This document shows positions 10,701 through 22,800 of a DNA stretch of 64,000 bases, one piece after another; positions within the stretch are counted from its first letter, which is position 1, and every line of letters begins with the position of its first letter. The position numbers and the translations under genes were made by a program. The DNA comes from an uncultured bacterium (GTDB lineage Bacteria > Verrucomicrobiota > Verrucomicrobiia > Limisphaerales > UBA8199). Under the pieces are notes generated by a model. The model had not been told where the DNA came from, made no database searches, and was given only the letters and a program-made list of their open reading frames with translations. The stretch covers positions 320,001-384,000 of the forward strand of contig CAVVMW010000018.1 of the NCBI GenBank assembly GCA_963749495.1, read 5' to 3'.

Positions 10701-10891
10701 TCACGATAGCGGACAACAAGACCTCCGCCCGTATCGGCACAGCGACCGGCACCATGTCCTTGACGGGGCTCTCTCGCTCAAGGCCAATGAAACCCAGGGA
10801 GCGACCACCACGACGGCCGACGGAACGGTGTCCGGCGGCAGCGCCGGCTTCGGGGTGGTGGTGGCTATCGCGATACCCACCGACCGGGTGA
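7739..10891 (+). CDS. Giant protein segment 1: LEPR-xLL leader plus start of a Gly/Ala/Ser/Thr beta-helical stalk
   Basis: FELLALEPRVMLSA; LTQTLRGANGPP; the tail after ~10768 is out of frame; likely start GTG 7763. Confidence 0.85.
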   Translation: MAAKSVGAVSGNNSNFEFELLALEPRVMLSAALAGGVAGACHAAHAGNWLQPIEEVRVAAGPEITSAPAAEGASGRISILEGLMEATAATSSTPATPSPEAPASSPGSADKGEASGTTQAAARVTPPPSAAPIAAGNSEAHLQLPGTAAPGSNGPQAAQLTQTLRGANGPPEPMDLGEVFNVTYSGSAASVFKTEGGAVSLVLDSPGQGQLRISGSLNGTPFGPITLKGVLSVILDTSQPDGGSSGDTIVLKDLRGSGVQALRIRTGPGDNQLILDGVEAGTTDGAMRVDWDAGSGANTLWGPQGDTTWTVTGKNSGSAAGVGFQGVEFLKGAANNRDTFVFAPGGSISGWIDGGDGGFDSLVIQGGDLGSVQFLGAGPHSGTVILDGNPIRYFGLEPITLTGSGSPDVTVTGSDANDQLVLEADPSHAGSLRVRSLNGTIESVSFPDPSNSLTINLGNGNDTLAINALDPGFGGSLTVKGGSGVDEIDISQNVQLKLPGHSLSLSAQTIRVNTGVTINTTKAGGNGTISLTAVDTQTGTNGSANTLIQITGATITGGDITISASSTETPSATGSALELINAQSHAQVSINNASHVTSSGKVTVTAASTVTATATAQVGSGGSTSVDAAVANSTLTSSAIAHVAGSLAVTGTLGIWATNTVTVTTSADGSQGGSGAMGGVICTASVTSVTQAYINGNGPISASAITVSATSNNNVPTSVKSTANGASQNSAGDDPSTKTQGNAQTSDGTIGVAAALAFTSLSSQTQAYVAPGGATITAGSLKISSNSTDVTSASADGSSTQSSSGSSGSSGSPGFGVAVAVNLDNVLDEAYIGGTVTLAVPSTTVEAIKPSASSFTASAISGAGAGGSTTFAGAFAFIKATDQTDAVIKSGANVTATGGGGLTFTATNLVSSSTTAKPAQAGQAGCGIGASVALTINDITTRAEVEDTAVLSGAKDLSLAATLTPTVLTDAEAGAGGTGTTVGGAAALTIADNKTSARIGTATGTMSLTGLSRSRPMKPRERPPRRPTERCPAAAPASGWWWLSRYPPTG

Positions 10892-13800
10892 CAGCGACGG
10901 CCGAGCGAGGCATTGTCAGCACGGGCACCGGGGCATCCACTATCGAAGCCATCACGGTGGCGCAAACCCGGACCTCATCCAAATCCAGCGTCAAAGGCGC
11001 CAGCGCCAACCAGCCCTCCGGCCAGAACACCTCGCAAGGGCAAACGAACAAGAACAGCTCGTTCCTCCAGAGCAAGGCCTCGTCCGGCACAGACACCGGC
11101 GGCAGCGCCCCAGACCAGAGCACCAGTGACGGGTCTATTGGAGTGGCGGCGGCCATCGCCGTGAACATCTCCAGCGCCACGGCCAAAGCGGCCGTGTTGG
11201 CCAACCTCAGCACCGGCGGCGCCCTGACGATTCACAGTTCGGCCAACGCAGATGCCATAGCCAAGGCCGATGCCAGCGCCACGCTCATGCCGACCAAGAC
11301 GGTGACGTTCGATCCCACCGCCTCAGGGGTCGTAGTCACAGACCAAAACGCCACCGACGCCAACACCATCAAAGTCGGGACCAATAATTGGAAAAACGGC
11401 GACCCGGTCAAGTACAGCGTCGGCTCCGGCGGGACGGCCATCGGCGGGCTGACCGATGGCAGCACCTATTATGTCATCACGGTAGCCTCGGACCCAACGA
11501 AGATACAACTGGCCGCTTCACCGGCAGATGTGAGCGGCAACACGCCCGTTACCCTGTCGAGTGGCGCAGCCGGCACCAGCCACACCCTGGGCGGTCCCGA
11601 CCATTCCTCGGGCGACGGCGTCGGGGTAGCGGTCGCGGTGAACAAGGCCGACCTGGCCAATCAGGCCTACATCGCCGGCACTGCCACCGTCACGTCTTCC
11701 GGCTTGACGGTCACCGCCGACATGACCAAGCGGGGAGCGACCTTTGACCCGTCTTCCAAAGTTGACCTGACTGCCGGCACCATCGATGTCGGAAATCAAG
11801 GCTGGGAGACGGGCGACGCCGTCACCTACAGCGCCGGCGGCGGGACGGCCATCGGCGGGTTGACGGATGGCTCAACCTATTTCGTCATCAAGACCGTCAG
11901 CAAGACCTTTAACGGGGGCGATTCGGGGGTCGTGGACACGAGCAACGGCACGATTAAAGTGGGCAGCAACGATTGGAAGAACGGAGATGCGGTCGTCTAT
12001 GACGCCGGCGGGCAAAGTCCGATTGGCGGCCTGACGGATGGCAAGACTTACTACGTTATTGCCAATACAAGTGATCCGACGAAAGTGAAGCTGGCCAAGA
12101 CTCAGGCGGATGCCACAGCGTCCACTCCAACTCCAATCACGCTGACCGGATTGGGGTCCGGCACTCAGTCGCTCACCCGCCAGGCGGATGGCACCAAGAT
12201 CAAACTCGCCGCGTCCGCCGCGGACGCCCAGGCCGGCAACGCCATCAGTCTGACCTCAGGCGCGACGGGCACGACTCATTCGCTCACCGAGCAGGTCCAC
12301 ACCTTCTCCGCCAAGGCGATTGCGGGGGCGGGTGCGCCACAGGTCGGCGTCGCGGGCGCCGCAGCCATCAACATCGTTACCGACAAGACCGAGGCGTATT
12401 TGGCCTCCGGCGCCAACCTCAATGCCAATGGCGGCGGTCTCACGATGGCGGCCACCGATACGACTTCCGCCTCCGCCACGGGCACCGCCAAGAGCGAGGA
12501 CGGCTGCAAGGACGGCATCGGGCTTGGTTTCGCCCTCAATATCGTGCCCATCACCACCCGGGCGGAGGTCGAGGACACCGTGGTTCTAAGCGGGATTAAG
12601 GATCTCTCACTGAAAGCCACGACGAGCCCCAGCATCACGACGCAGGCCGATGCCGGGGCGGCGGGCAGCAGCTTCAGCCTGGGCGGGGCGGTCGCTCTGA
12701 ATATTGGGGATACCAGGACAACGGCGCGCCTCGGCACGGCCACCGGCACGACCACCCTGAAGGGCGCGATAACCCTGGAAGCCGATGAGAAGTCGGGGAC
12801 CATCACCACCACCGCCGACGGGACGGCCTCAGGCAAGAATGTGGGAATTGGGGCGGCCGTCGCCATCAACCTCTCGACGGATACGGCGAGCGCCACGACC
12901 GAACGGAGCCTGAGCACCAGCGGCACCGGCGCCTCCAGTGTGGCGGCAAGCTGCATCTGCCGCACCAACACCACCACCAAGGCCAGCGTCAAGGGCGAAT
13001 CCCAAAAGCAGCCTGCCAACAAGAGCGACTCGCAACAGCAGACGGACAACAACAGCAACTATGCCAAGAGCCAGGCCCCGGCCGGGACGAACACCGAGAA
13101 CGACAAATCCACCAATCAGCAGACCAGTGACGGGCCGGTGGGCGTGGCCGCGGCTATCAGCGTGAACATTTCCGATGTCATCGCCAACGCCGCTGTCCTG
13201 GCCAACCTCACCACGGGGGGCGCTCTGGCCGTCCATTCCTCGGTCAATGCGGATACTCTGTTGAACGCGGACGGCAGCGCCGTCCTGAACCCGCAGAGCA
13301 AGAGTTCCAGCCAGGGCGGTTCGGGCGGTTCCAGCGGCGGCGGCTCCGGCAGCGGCAGCTCCAGCAGCAGCTCGGGGGTGGGTATCGGCGTCGCCGTGAC
13401 GGTCAACGTCGCCGGGGTCACCAACAAGGCCTACATCGGCCCCAACGCCGCCGTCACTTGCGCCGGCCTGAGCGTGACGGCCGATATGGCCCCGCGCAAC
13501 GAGGTCACCTTCGATCCGGCCAGCGCCGTGAGCACGACGGATAACACGATCAAAGTTGGGGCCAATAAATTCACCACCGGGGATGCGGTGCTTTACAGCA
13601 GCGGCGGCGGCACCAGCATCGGCGGTCTGACCGATGGCTCCACCTACTACGTGATCAAGGATGTCGCCAAGACCTTCGACGCCGGCAGCAGCGATGTCGT
13701 GGATACCAACGGCGGCAACACCATTAAAGTGGGAACCAACGATTGGAAGACCGGGGATGCGGTCGTCTATGACGATGGCGGGCAACAGCCCATCGGCGGC

Positions 13801-16800
13801 CTCGTCGACGGACAGACCTACTACGTGATCACGACCAGCGATTCTACCAAAGTGAAGCTGGCCAAGACTCAGGCTGATGCCACAGCCGGCACCGCCATCA
13901 CCCTGAACGGATTGGGCTCCGGTGACAAGCAGTCGCTCGCCCACAAGGCCGATCCCACCCTGATAAAGCTTGCGGCCTCCGCCGATGATGCCAAGGCCGG
14001 CAAGGCCATCACGCTGTCGGCTGGCGCGACCGGAACGACCCATTCCATCTCCGACCAGATCGACACTCTCTCGGCGCAGTCGGTTGCCGGCGCCGGGTCG
14101 AACAACGTCGGCATCGCCGGCTCGGTGGCCATCAACATAGTGAGCACGGACACCGAGGCGCGGATTTATTCCGGCTCGGCCGGCGTGGTGGATAACGGTG
14201 CTTTGGCGATCAAGGCCTCAACCGTCACCCATAGCACGGCCAGCGCCACCCCGAGCGCCCCGGTCTCGGGCGGCAGTGTTGGCGTCGGCGCCTCGGTCGC
14301 GCTGAACATCATCTCGAACACCGTGCTGGCCCAAATCAACAATGGCGTTTCCGTGACTGGGACCCTGGCCGATTTCACCGTGGATGCCAGCGCCGCCCAC
14401 ACCGTCACGACCCAGACCGATGCCGGCAGCGCGGGCAGCGATGCCATATCGGCGTCGGTGGCTCTTTCCATCGTGAGCGACAAGACGATCGCCCTGGCGG
14501 ACACCGGCACGCAGAGCGCGGCCAGCGGGCTTGGCCGGGTCCAGGCCACCCACATCAGCGCGGTATCCACCATCGCCAAGGCCTCCGCCGCCGGCAAGAG
14601 CGTGGCGGTCGGCGCTTCGGTCGCCGTGGCGGTCGTGCACGAGACCGCCTCAGCCACGCTCAACCGCAATCTCCACACCAAGGGCGAGATCGACATCCTT
14701 TCGCAATCCTCGACCCAAAGCACCGTTGAAGCCCGCGGCAGCGCTACGGGCAGCAAGAGCAAGGACAACGGCGGGAAAAGCGCCGACTCTACGGCCAATG
14801 ATTCGGTCAAAAGCAATCCCAATACGCAGCAAACCAGCGACCTGCCCACGTCCAGCGACCAGTCGAGCACCGCCAACAGCCAGTCCGAGTCCGATTCCAG
14901 TTCCAGCTCCAGCAGCGTCAATGTGGCCGCGGCCATCAGCGTGAACGTCGTTTTTGACAACAACAGCGCCTCGATAGGCCCCGGCTCAACAGGCCAGCCT
15001 CAAGTGGTCCAGTCCGATACCGGCGCCATCCGGGTCAGCGCCACCAACATATCCACGGAGTCGGCCAAGGGCACCGGTCTGGCCTATAGCTTCGATCTCA
15101 AGAATTCCTCGGACAACATCGGCGCCGCACTCGGATTGAACTATGTCCAAGTCACCAATACGGCCAGCGTCGGGGCCAACGCAACGCTCCAGGGCCAGGG
15201 CGTCACGGTCGAGGCGGTAACGCCTTCGGGCAAGGCCAATGCTTTCACGGCCTGGGGCCTGTCCGCGGCGGGCGGCAAGGGCAACGTCGGCGTGGCCGGC
15301 TTCGCCGCCATCAATGTGGTGCACGTGACCACCGGGGCATCGGTCGCCGACGGCGACAACATCAAGTCGTCCGGGGACATGGCCGTCACCGCCCGGAGCG
15401 AGATGGGCCTGCAGATCATCGCGGGCGGAGGCGCGATTTCCACCGGCAAAGTCGCCGTCGGGGCGGGGGTGGCCATCAACCTCATCACCAATACGACCAC
15501 CGCCTCGCTGGGCAATGGCAGCGCGGATGCCACCGGCAACCTGTCGGTGACGGCTACCGGCACAATCAGTCCGCTGGCGGTCAGCATTCCCGTGCTGGGG
15601 AGCCTCGGGGTGACCTCGCTCCCCCCCGTGACCTCGCTCGCCGCCGGGGCCGGCGTGACGACTTCCGGCAGCGCCGGTGTCGCCGGCTCGGCCGTCATCA
15701 GCATTTTCAACCTGACCACCTCGGCTTACATAGCAGGCGGCGCCCAGATCAACCAGCGGCTGACGCCAGGGGCGACTCAAAGCATTACGATTCAGGCCAC
15801 GGATACGTTCACGATCGACAGCGGCGCCGGCAGCCTGGGAGTAGGCACGGATGGCGCCGGGGTAGGGGCGGGACTGGATTTGGACGTGCTCAACAAGGAC
15901 ACGCGCGCCTATATTGGCGCCGGGGCGGTTGCCAAAGCGGCGGGCGGCATCACCATCGAGGCGGACTCGACCGAGACGATTCTATCGGTCGCCACGAACG
16001 TAGGCGGGGGCAGTTCGGCGGGCATAGCCGGCTCGGCCTCCGTGCAAGTCATCACCACCGGCGCTCGGGCGTATGTTGACGATACGCCCAGCGGCACGGG
16101 GGCCTCGCTCAGTGCGGGCGGCGATGTGACGATCACGGCGAGCGACACGTTCAAGGCGACCATGATAGCGGGCTCCATCGGTGTGGCCAGCAGCGCGGGA
16201 ATTGGGGCGGCCAATACGACCTTGGTCCATTCCGAAACCGTAGAGGCTTATGTGGGGCAGCGCGCCTCGGTGTCATCCCAGGGGACCAATGGGCTATCGG
16301 TGGGTGCGAGTTCCTCCGAGGAATTGATCACGATTGCCGTCGCCGGAGGCGCTGCGGGCACGGTCGGCATCGCCGGCTCGGCCGTGGTCAATGACTTGAA
16401 CGAGACGACCCTGGCCTTCATTGCCAACGGCGCCACCATCACTTGCGCGTCCTCGACGGGCGGGACGCCGGGGATAGCGTTGAACGCGAGCGATGACACC
16501 ACGATCGTGTCGGTCGCCGGCTCCATCGCGGTGGGAGGCACCGCCGGAGTCGGCGTGGGCGCGGACGTGGGTGTTTTCAACAAGACCACGCAGGCACGCA
16601 TCGGCTCGAACGTGACGGCGAACACCGCGGGCGACATCGTCATCACGGCCAATTCCACCGAACACGTTACCTCCGGGGCGGCCGGCATTGACGCCAGCGG
16701 TTCGGCCAGTGTGGGCGTGAATGCCTCGCTGCACGTGTTCAACGTAAAGACCCGCGCCTTCATCGGGGATGACCCGAGCGATAACACCCCCAGCGCGGGG

Positions 16801-19800
16801 CCCGGCCATGTTCACGCCCGCGGCAACGTGATCGTTCAGGCCAACGATGAGAGCAAGCTCAACGCCATCGTGGGCGTGATCTCCGTCTCCGGCGAGGCCG
16901 CCGTGACCGCCGCCGGCGCGGTGACGGTGATGGACAAGACGACCGAGGCCTTTGTTGGCGCCGGCGCCTGGGTGACCGCCGACGGCCAATCGGCCGGCCA
17001 TGATGTCCGCACGGGCGCCTATGCGCCTCAGACCGATACCACCACTGCCAGTTACAATCCCAAGACTCAGACGCCGCAAGCCATTGAGACCAGCACGATG
17101 TCCGGCGTGCCAACGGATGTTCAGGCGCTGCAGTCCCAGGGTGATATCAGCCTGCCGACGCTGCCCAACTTGGAGGTCGGCAGTCTGGACACCAATCCGA
17201 GCAGCACCGACCTGGCCGTCTTCACCAGCGGCCGGCGCTATGGGTCGCCGGTCATGGAGCAGGGCTTCCATGGCCTGGCGGTGACCGCTACCAACAGCGA
17301 TAACATTGGCTCGCTGACCATCGGGGTCGCAGGCGCGTATGTCGGCGTCGCCGTTTCCGCCGGGGTCAACGTGATCAAGAACATGACGCGCGCGTATGTC
17401 GGGGCGAATGGGGCGATTAACCAGGACCAATCCACGGCTGGCCCATCGCAATGTGTTCTGGTGGCAGCCGGGAGCGATTTCCACCATCTGGCGGTCGTGG
17501 CGACGCTGGCGGCGGGCGCCGTGGGCGTGAGCCCGGCGGTCAATGTCACGGTGCTGGGCAACACGACCCAGGCCTACTTGGATGCCGGTTCGGTGGTCAA
17601 CGCGAATGGGGATGTTCAAGTGCAGGCGCACGGCCGTGAGGACTTGGTCCTGATGGGGTTCGGCGTCGCGGCGGGCGTCGTTGGGGTCGGTGGTTCGGTC
17701 ACCGTCCTCACGATCAATAACACCACCACCGCTTCGATCCTGGGCACGGCGAGCGCCGGCGGCGATGCGCTGGTGCTGGCGACGGACGACACCGGTCTGG
17801 GCTCCGTCTGCGGGTCGCTGGGCGCGGGCCTGGTTGGAGTGGGCGGGTCAGTCGGTGTCGCCTCGATTAACAAGAACACGCAGGCGTTCATCGGCGACAA
17901 CGCGAAGGTGGACGCCTTGGGCGCGGGCGCAGGCTGGAGCGGGATTCTGGATGGGACCAAGACGACCGATGCCAGTGGGAACGAGGCCTTTGGCACTCTG
18001 GCTGCCCCCGGCGTGATCGTGCAAGCGCAGTCAACCGAGACCATTTTCCACCTGGCTTTGACTGCGTCCGGCGGGTTCGTAGGGGTTGCCGGGGCGGTGT
18101 TGGTCACCCTGGTCAACTCCAATACAGTTGCTTATATCGGCTCGAATGCCCAAATCAACCAGACGAACAGCGATGCTAGCGGCACTCCGAACCAGGGTGT
18201 CTTCGTCGGGGCATCGGACCTGGTCAGCGCGACCGTGGCGGCGCGGTTCGGGACCGGGGGGTTTGTCGCTGTGGGCGCGGGCATCACGGTTGGGAGCATC
18301 AAGAATGACACGACGGCAACCATTCGCAACGGGACCAACGTCAGGGCCAAAGGGAACGTGGCGGTGAACGCGCTGCAAATCAATGATCTGCACATCTATG
18401 CCTTTGGCGGCGCCGGCGGTTTTGTCCCCGTGGAGGCATCCGTGGCTGTCTGGACGGTGGGCAGCCAGGTCGAGAAGACTTACACGGATAACAACAACCA
18501 CTCCGCCGATGCGGCACAAAACCAAGACAAAAATGGCAAGCCCACCGCGGACGCCGATGCGGATGCCACCCAGGAGGCCAGCGGCTCGACCAGTCTGGTC
18601 TCCGGGTTCTTGGGAAGTTACGGCACGGCGACGTTCAGTCCCGCATCGGCGGCGGATCTGACATCGAGCAGCATCGAAGTCGGCAACCAGGGATGGCAGA
18701 CCGGCGATGCCTTGGTCTATCACCAGGGCGGCAGCAGCAATACCCCCATCGGCGGCCTGAGCGATGGGACGACGTACTACGTGATTAATGTTCCGGGCGA
18801 TCCGACCAGGGTTCGCCTGGCAGCGAGCGCGGCCGATGCCAAGAACGGCCAGGCCATCACTCTCACGTCAACCGGCACCGGCAACAATCAATCCTTGGAC
18901 CGCTCCGATTATTCCCGGCCGCCGGCCAGCGCCAACGACGGGGTCGGAGCGGCTGCCTCCCAGGTTGCGGCCCGTCTCAACTCCGATGCTCCAAGTTCGA
19001 CGAGCCTGACGGGTCAGATCAACAGCGCCCCGACTTCCGTGGGCTCGGAGGCCTCGATTGCCGCGGGAGCGGCCGTGCAGGTGGGCGGCAATATCCAGGT
19101 AACGGCCGCGAACTGGGTCGGCCTCACTACGGTCGTGGGCGGGTTCTCGGCCGGGGTCTTTAGCACGACCGCCGGGATAACGGTCCTGGGCGTCGAGGCC
19201 AATGCCAACGCCCATGCCGACGGGACCATGCAGGCCGGGGGCGACCTGGCCGTGAATGGGCTTCTGGACGAGGAGTTGCACCTTAGGGCCGTGTCGGGCG
19301 CCGGCGGCCTCGTAGGGGTAGGCGGCGCGGTAGTGCAGTTCACCGATTCCAGCGCAGTCCAGGCCAGTCTCGGGGACGGGGCGGCGGTTCCGGCGGCAGG
19401 GAATGTGAAAGTGCAGGCGACCGAGACCGTTGGCCCAACTCCAGGCCCCGACCCGTATGACAGCGCGAACCCGATTGTGGAAACATTCGTGGGCAACGTC
19501 TCGGTGGGGGCAACGGGCGCGTCCTTCAGCACCACGACCTTCAACGGCAGCGTGACGGCCTATGTGGGCAAGAACGCGCAAGTGGGACAGACGACCGCCG
19601 GACCGATCGGCAGCCTGAACGTGGACGCGACGGCCACCATCGACGCCAATGCCACGACCAATGCGGGCACCATCGGCATTGGGCTGGCCATGACGGCCAA
19701 TTTCGCGTTTGTCACGATTGCGCCGACCGTCAGCGCGCAGATTAGTGACAATGCGGCCGTGGCCGCCACCGGCGCCGTTCTGGTCGAGGCGGACGGCCAC

Positions 19801-22800
19801 TTCGGCGTCCTGGCCAAGGTCAATGGGTACGACTTCGGTGTGTTTGAGATAGGCGCCTCCGTGTCCCAGGCGACCGTCACTGCCGCCGTGTCGGCCCAGC
19901 TTGGCGAGGATGCCGTGGTGAGTTCGGCGGCGAGCGGTGTCGGTTTTGGCGCGACCGTCAACAACAATGATCAGCGACAGATTCAGGCCGTGGCCTACTC
20001 CTGCAGCGGCGGCATCATCGCCGGGTCTGGCGCCGAGGCCGACGCCACCGCCTCGCCCACGGTGACGAGCGCCGCCGACAGCGGCTCCAGTGTTTCGGCC
20101 GCCGGCAGCATCGGTTTCGTCGCTAATGCCACCCTCGATGCCGAGAGCAACGCGGGCGGCGTAGGAGGCGGCGTGGTCGGCATCGGCGCCAGCGTCAGCA
20201 ACAGCACCATCAATGGCGCCACCAAAGCTGATTTCGGCGGGGATACACTCCAGGCCGGCACAGACATCCTGATCAACGCCTGGCGGGACGGCAAGGCCAA
20301 CGCAACTTCGTCCGCAGTCACGGGGGGTGTCCTGGCCGTGACGGTCAATGGCGCGACGGGGCAGATAACGGATGAAGTGCGGGCGTATGTGCCGGACGGG
20401 GCCACGCTGAGTGCCGGACATGATCTTGCCATCCTGGCGTCCTCGACGGCCGATGCCCACGCGAAGTCCGGAAGCTGCAAGGTGACTGGCAACCTGAGCA
20501 TTGCCGCATCCATTGGCGCCTCCGAGGCCGACGCCACCATCACTCCGACCGTCGAGGGCGGGCTTGGGGCCGACAACGCCAGCGCGGGCAACCTCATTTC
20601 GGTGGAGGCCCTGCACAACGTCACCGAGACCAGTCCCGGCGTGTACGCGCCGGCCACCGACAACAGCGTGACGCCGCCCAGGAACCTGGGCCCTATGCCG
20701 AGGCTCATGCCTCCGGCGGCTCCCTTGGCATTGCGATAGGGGGAGCTACGGCTAACGCCACCTCCAAGGCCGATGTGAGCGCTCATGCTGGCGGCGACGG
20801 GGCGCACCTGACCGGAACCAGCGGCGGGGTCTCGGTGGAGGCGGCCGCCTCCAATGCCGCAATCACCATCGGGGACGGGCAGAACATTGGCGGCGTGGCG
20901 GGCATCGGCGCCGTCGCCACTACCAGCGAAGGCAGCGGCACGACCACGGCCTATATCAACGCCTCCACCGCGAGCGTCACCGGGGGCGGGTTGAAGGTGC
21001 TGGCGCTTGGCTTCGATACGGCCAGTGCCGATGCCACGGCTGCGTCCGGCGGCATCCTCGCCGCAGGCGACGCGGCCAACGCCCAAGCTACGACCAAACC
21101 CACAATCAATGGCTACATTGACCACGACGCGACGGTGAACGTGGCCGGAGGCGCCGCGGTGGATGCGAACTCCACGACGCAGGCCAACGCCAATGCCAGC
21201 GGCTCGAGCCTTTCGCTCGTGGTCGCTCTCGGCGCACTGGGCGGCGGCTCGACCAGCGCCGTGACTGACAGTCCGACGGTGACGGCAACTGTGAATAAGA
21301 ACGCGTCCGTGACGACCAGCGGCGGCATCGAGGTCCTGGCGCAGCACGATCAACCGCTCGACCTCTCCACTCGCCCGTACACCGACGGCACATTCACAGC
21401 GGGCAGCACCAGTGTTTCGACTGCGAACGACACGATCACCCTGCCCGGCCCGCACGGCCTGTCCACCGGCGACCGGGTTACCTACCTGGCGGAAGGCAAC
21501 ATGCCCATCGGCGGGCTCACCGATTCGGCAAGTTACTCGGTGATTAAATACAGCGATACCGCGCTGCGGTTGGGCGTGACGTTCACCGGGGCCAATGCGG
21601 ACGCCACGACCGGTACGATCACCTTCAACACCCTCCACAACCTGCTCAACGGGCAGGCCGTCACTTTTGGGATTGTGGGGGGCAGCGCGGTGGCCGGCCT
21701 GTCCGTCGGCACGACCTATTACGTGCGCGTGCTTGACCCCCATACCATTCAGCTCTTCACCAATGCGGCCCAAGCCAGCGCGGCGCCGGAGACCTTCGAT
21801 GCCTCGGCCGTGAACAGCTCGACCGGAACGATCACCTTGCCCGGCCATGGGTTCACTGAAAACCAGGCCGTGACTTACTACGCTCCGCCCGCCCAGCCGT
21901 TTACGTCCGACAACGTGGACGGCAATGCCAACACCATTACCATCCAGAATGAACCATTCTCGACGGGCGACCATGTCATCTACAGCACGAAGAGCAATGA
22001 CACGGTGGGAGGATTGTCCAACAACCAGGATTACTATGTGATCAAGGTGGACGACAACACCATCCAGTTGGCGGCCACCGCGGACGACGCGGCCAATGAC
22101 AACCCGATCAGCATCTCCGTGCCCGCATCCGAAGGCACCCACTTCGTCAACTTGGTTCCGTTGGGCGGCCTGGCCGACCGGCACCCTTACTGCGTCCATG
22201 TCGTAGATGCGAACCACATCCAGCTCAAGGGTACTCCAGGGGGGAAGGTGCTCGCCATTGACGCAACCAACGTCATGGGGACGCAAAGCCTCGGCCTGGC
22301 GGGCGTTCACCTCGACGGCTCGGGGATCACCAACACCCAATACCTTTACATTGACTTTACCGGCACCGGCTCCGGCACGCAGCAGTTGTCCGGCGCCGGC
22401 CAGGCGCTCAGCCTCTTCGGTCAGAACGGCCTCTCAACGGCCAAGGCCAGCGGCAGCGCCGGCGCCCTGCTTTTCGCCGACTCTTCGGTCCAGGCCACCG
22501 CCGACACGACCGGCACCACCGTGACCGCCACAGTCGACGATAACGCCACAATGGCTGCCGGCACGGACCTCTCCCTCCTCGCCCAGTCATCTGCCAATGA
22601 CCTCGCTCTGGCCCTCACTTCCTCTGGCGGCCTGATTTCCTGCGGTAGCGCCACGACGACCCTCACCCTCGACCAGGCTGTCACCACCGTGATCGGCGAT
22701 TCGGCTTCGCTCAGCGCCGGGCAGGACGCGCACATCGACGCCGAGAGCCATTTCTATGCGGCCAGCGACGCCACGGGCAGCGGCGGGGGTTTTGTCAGCG

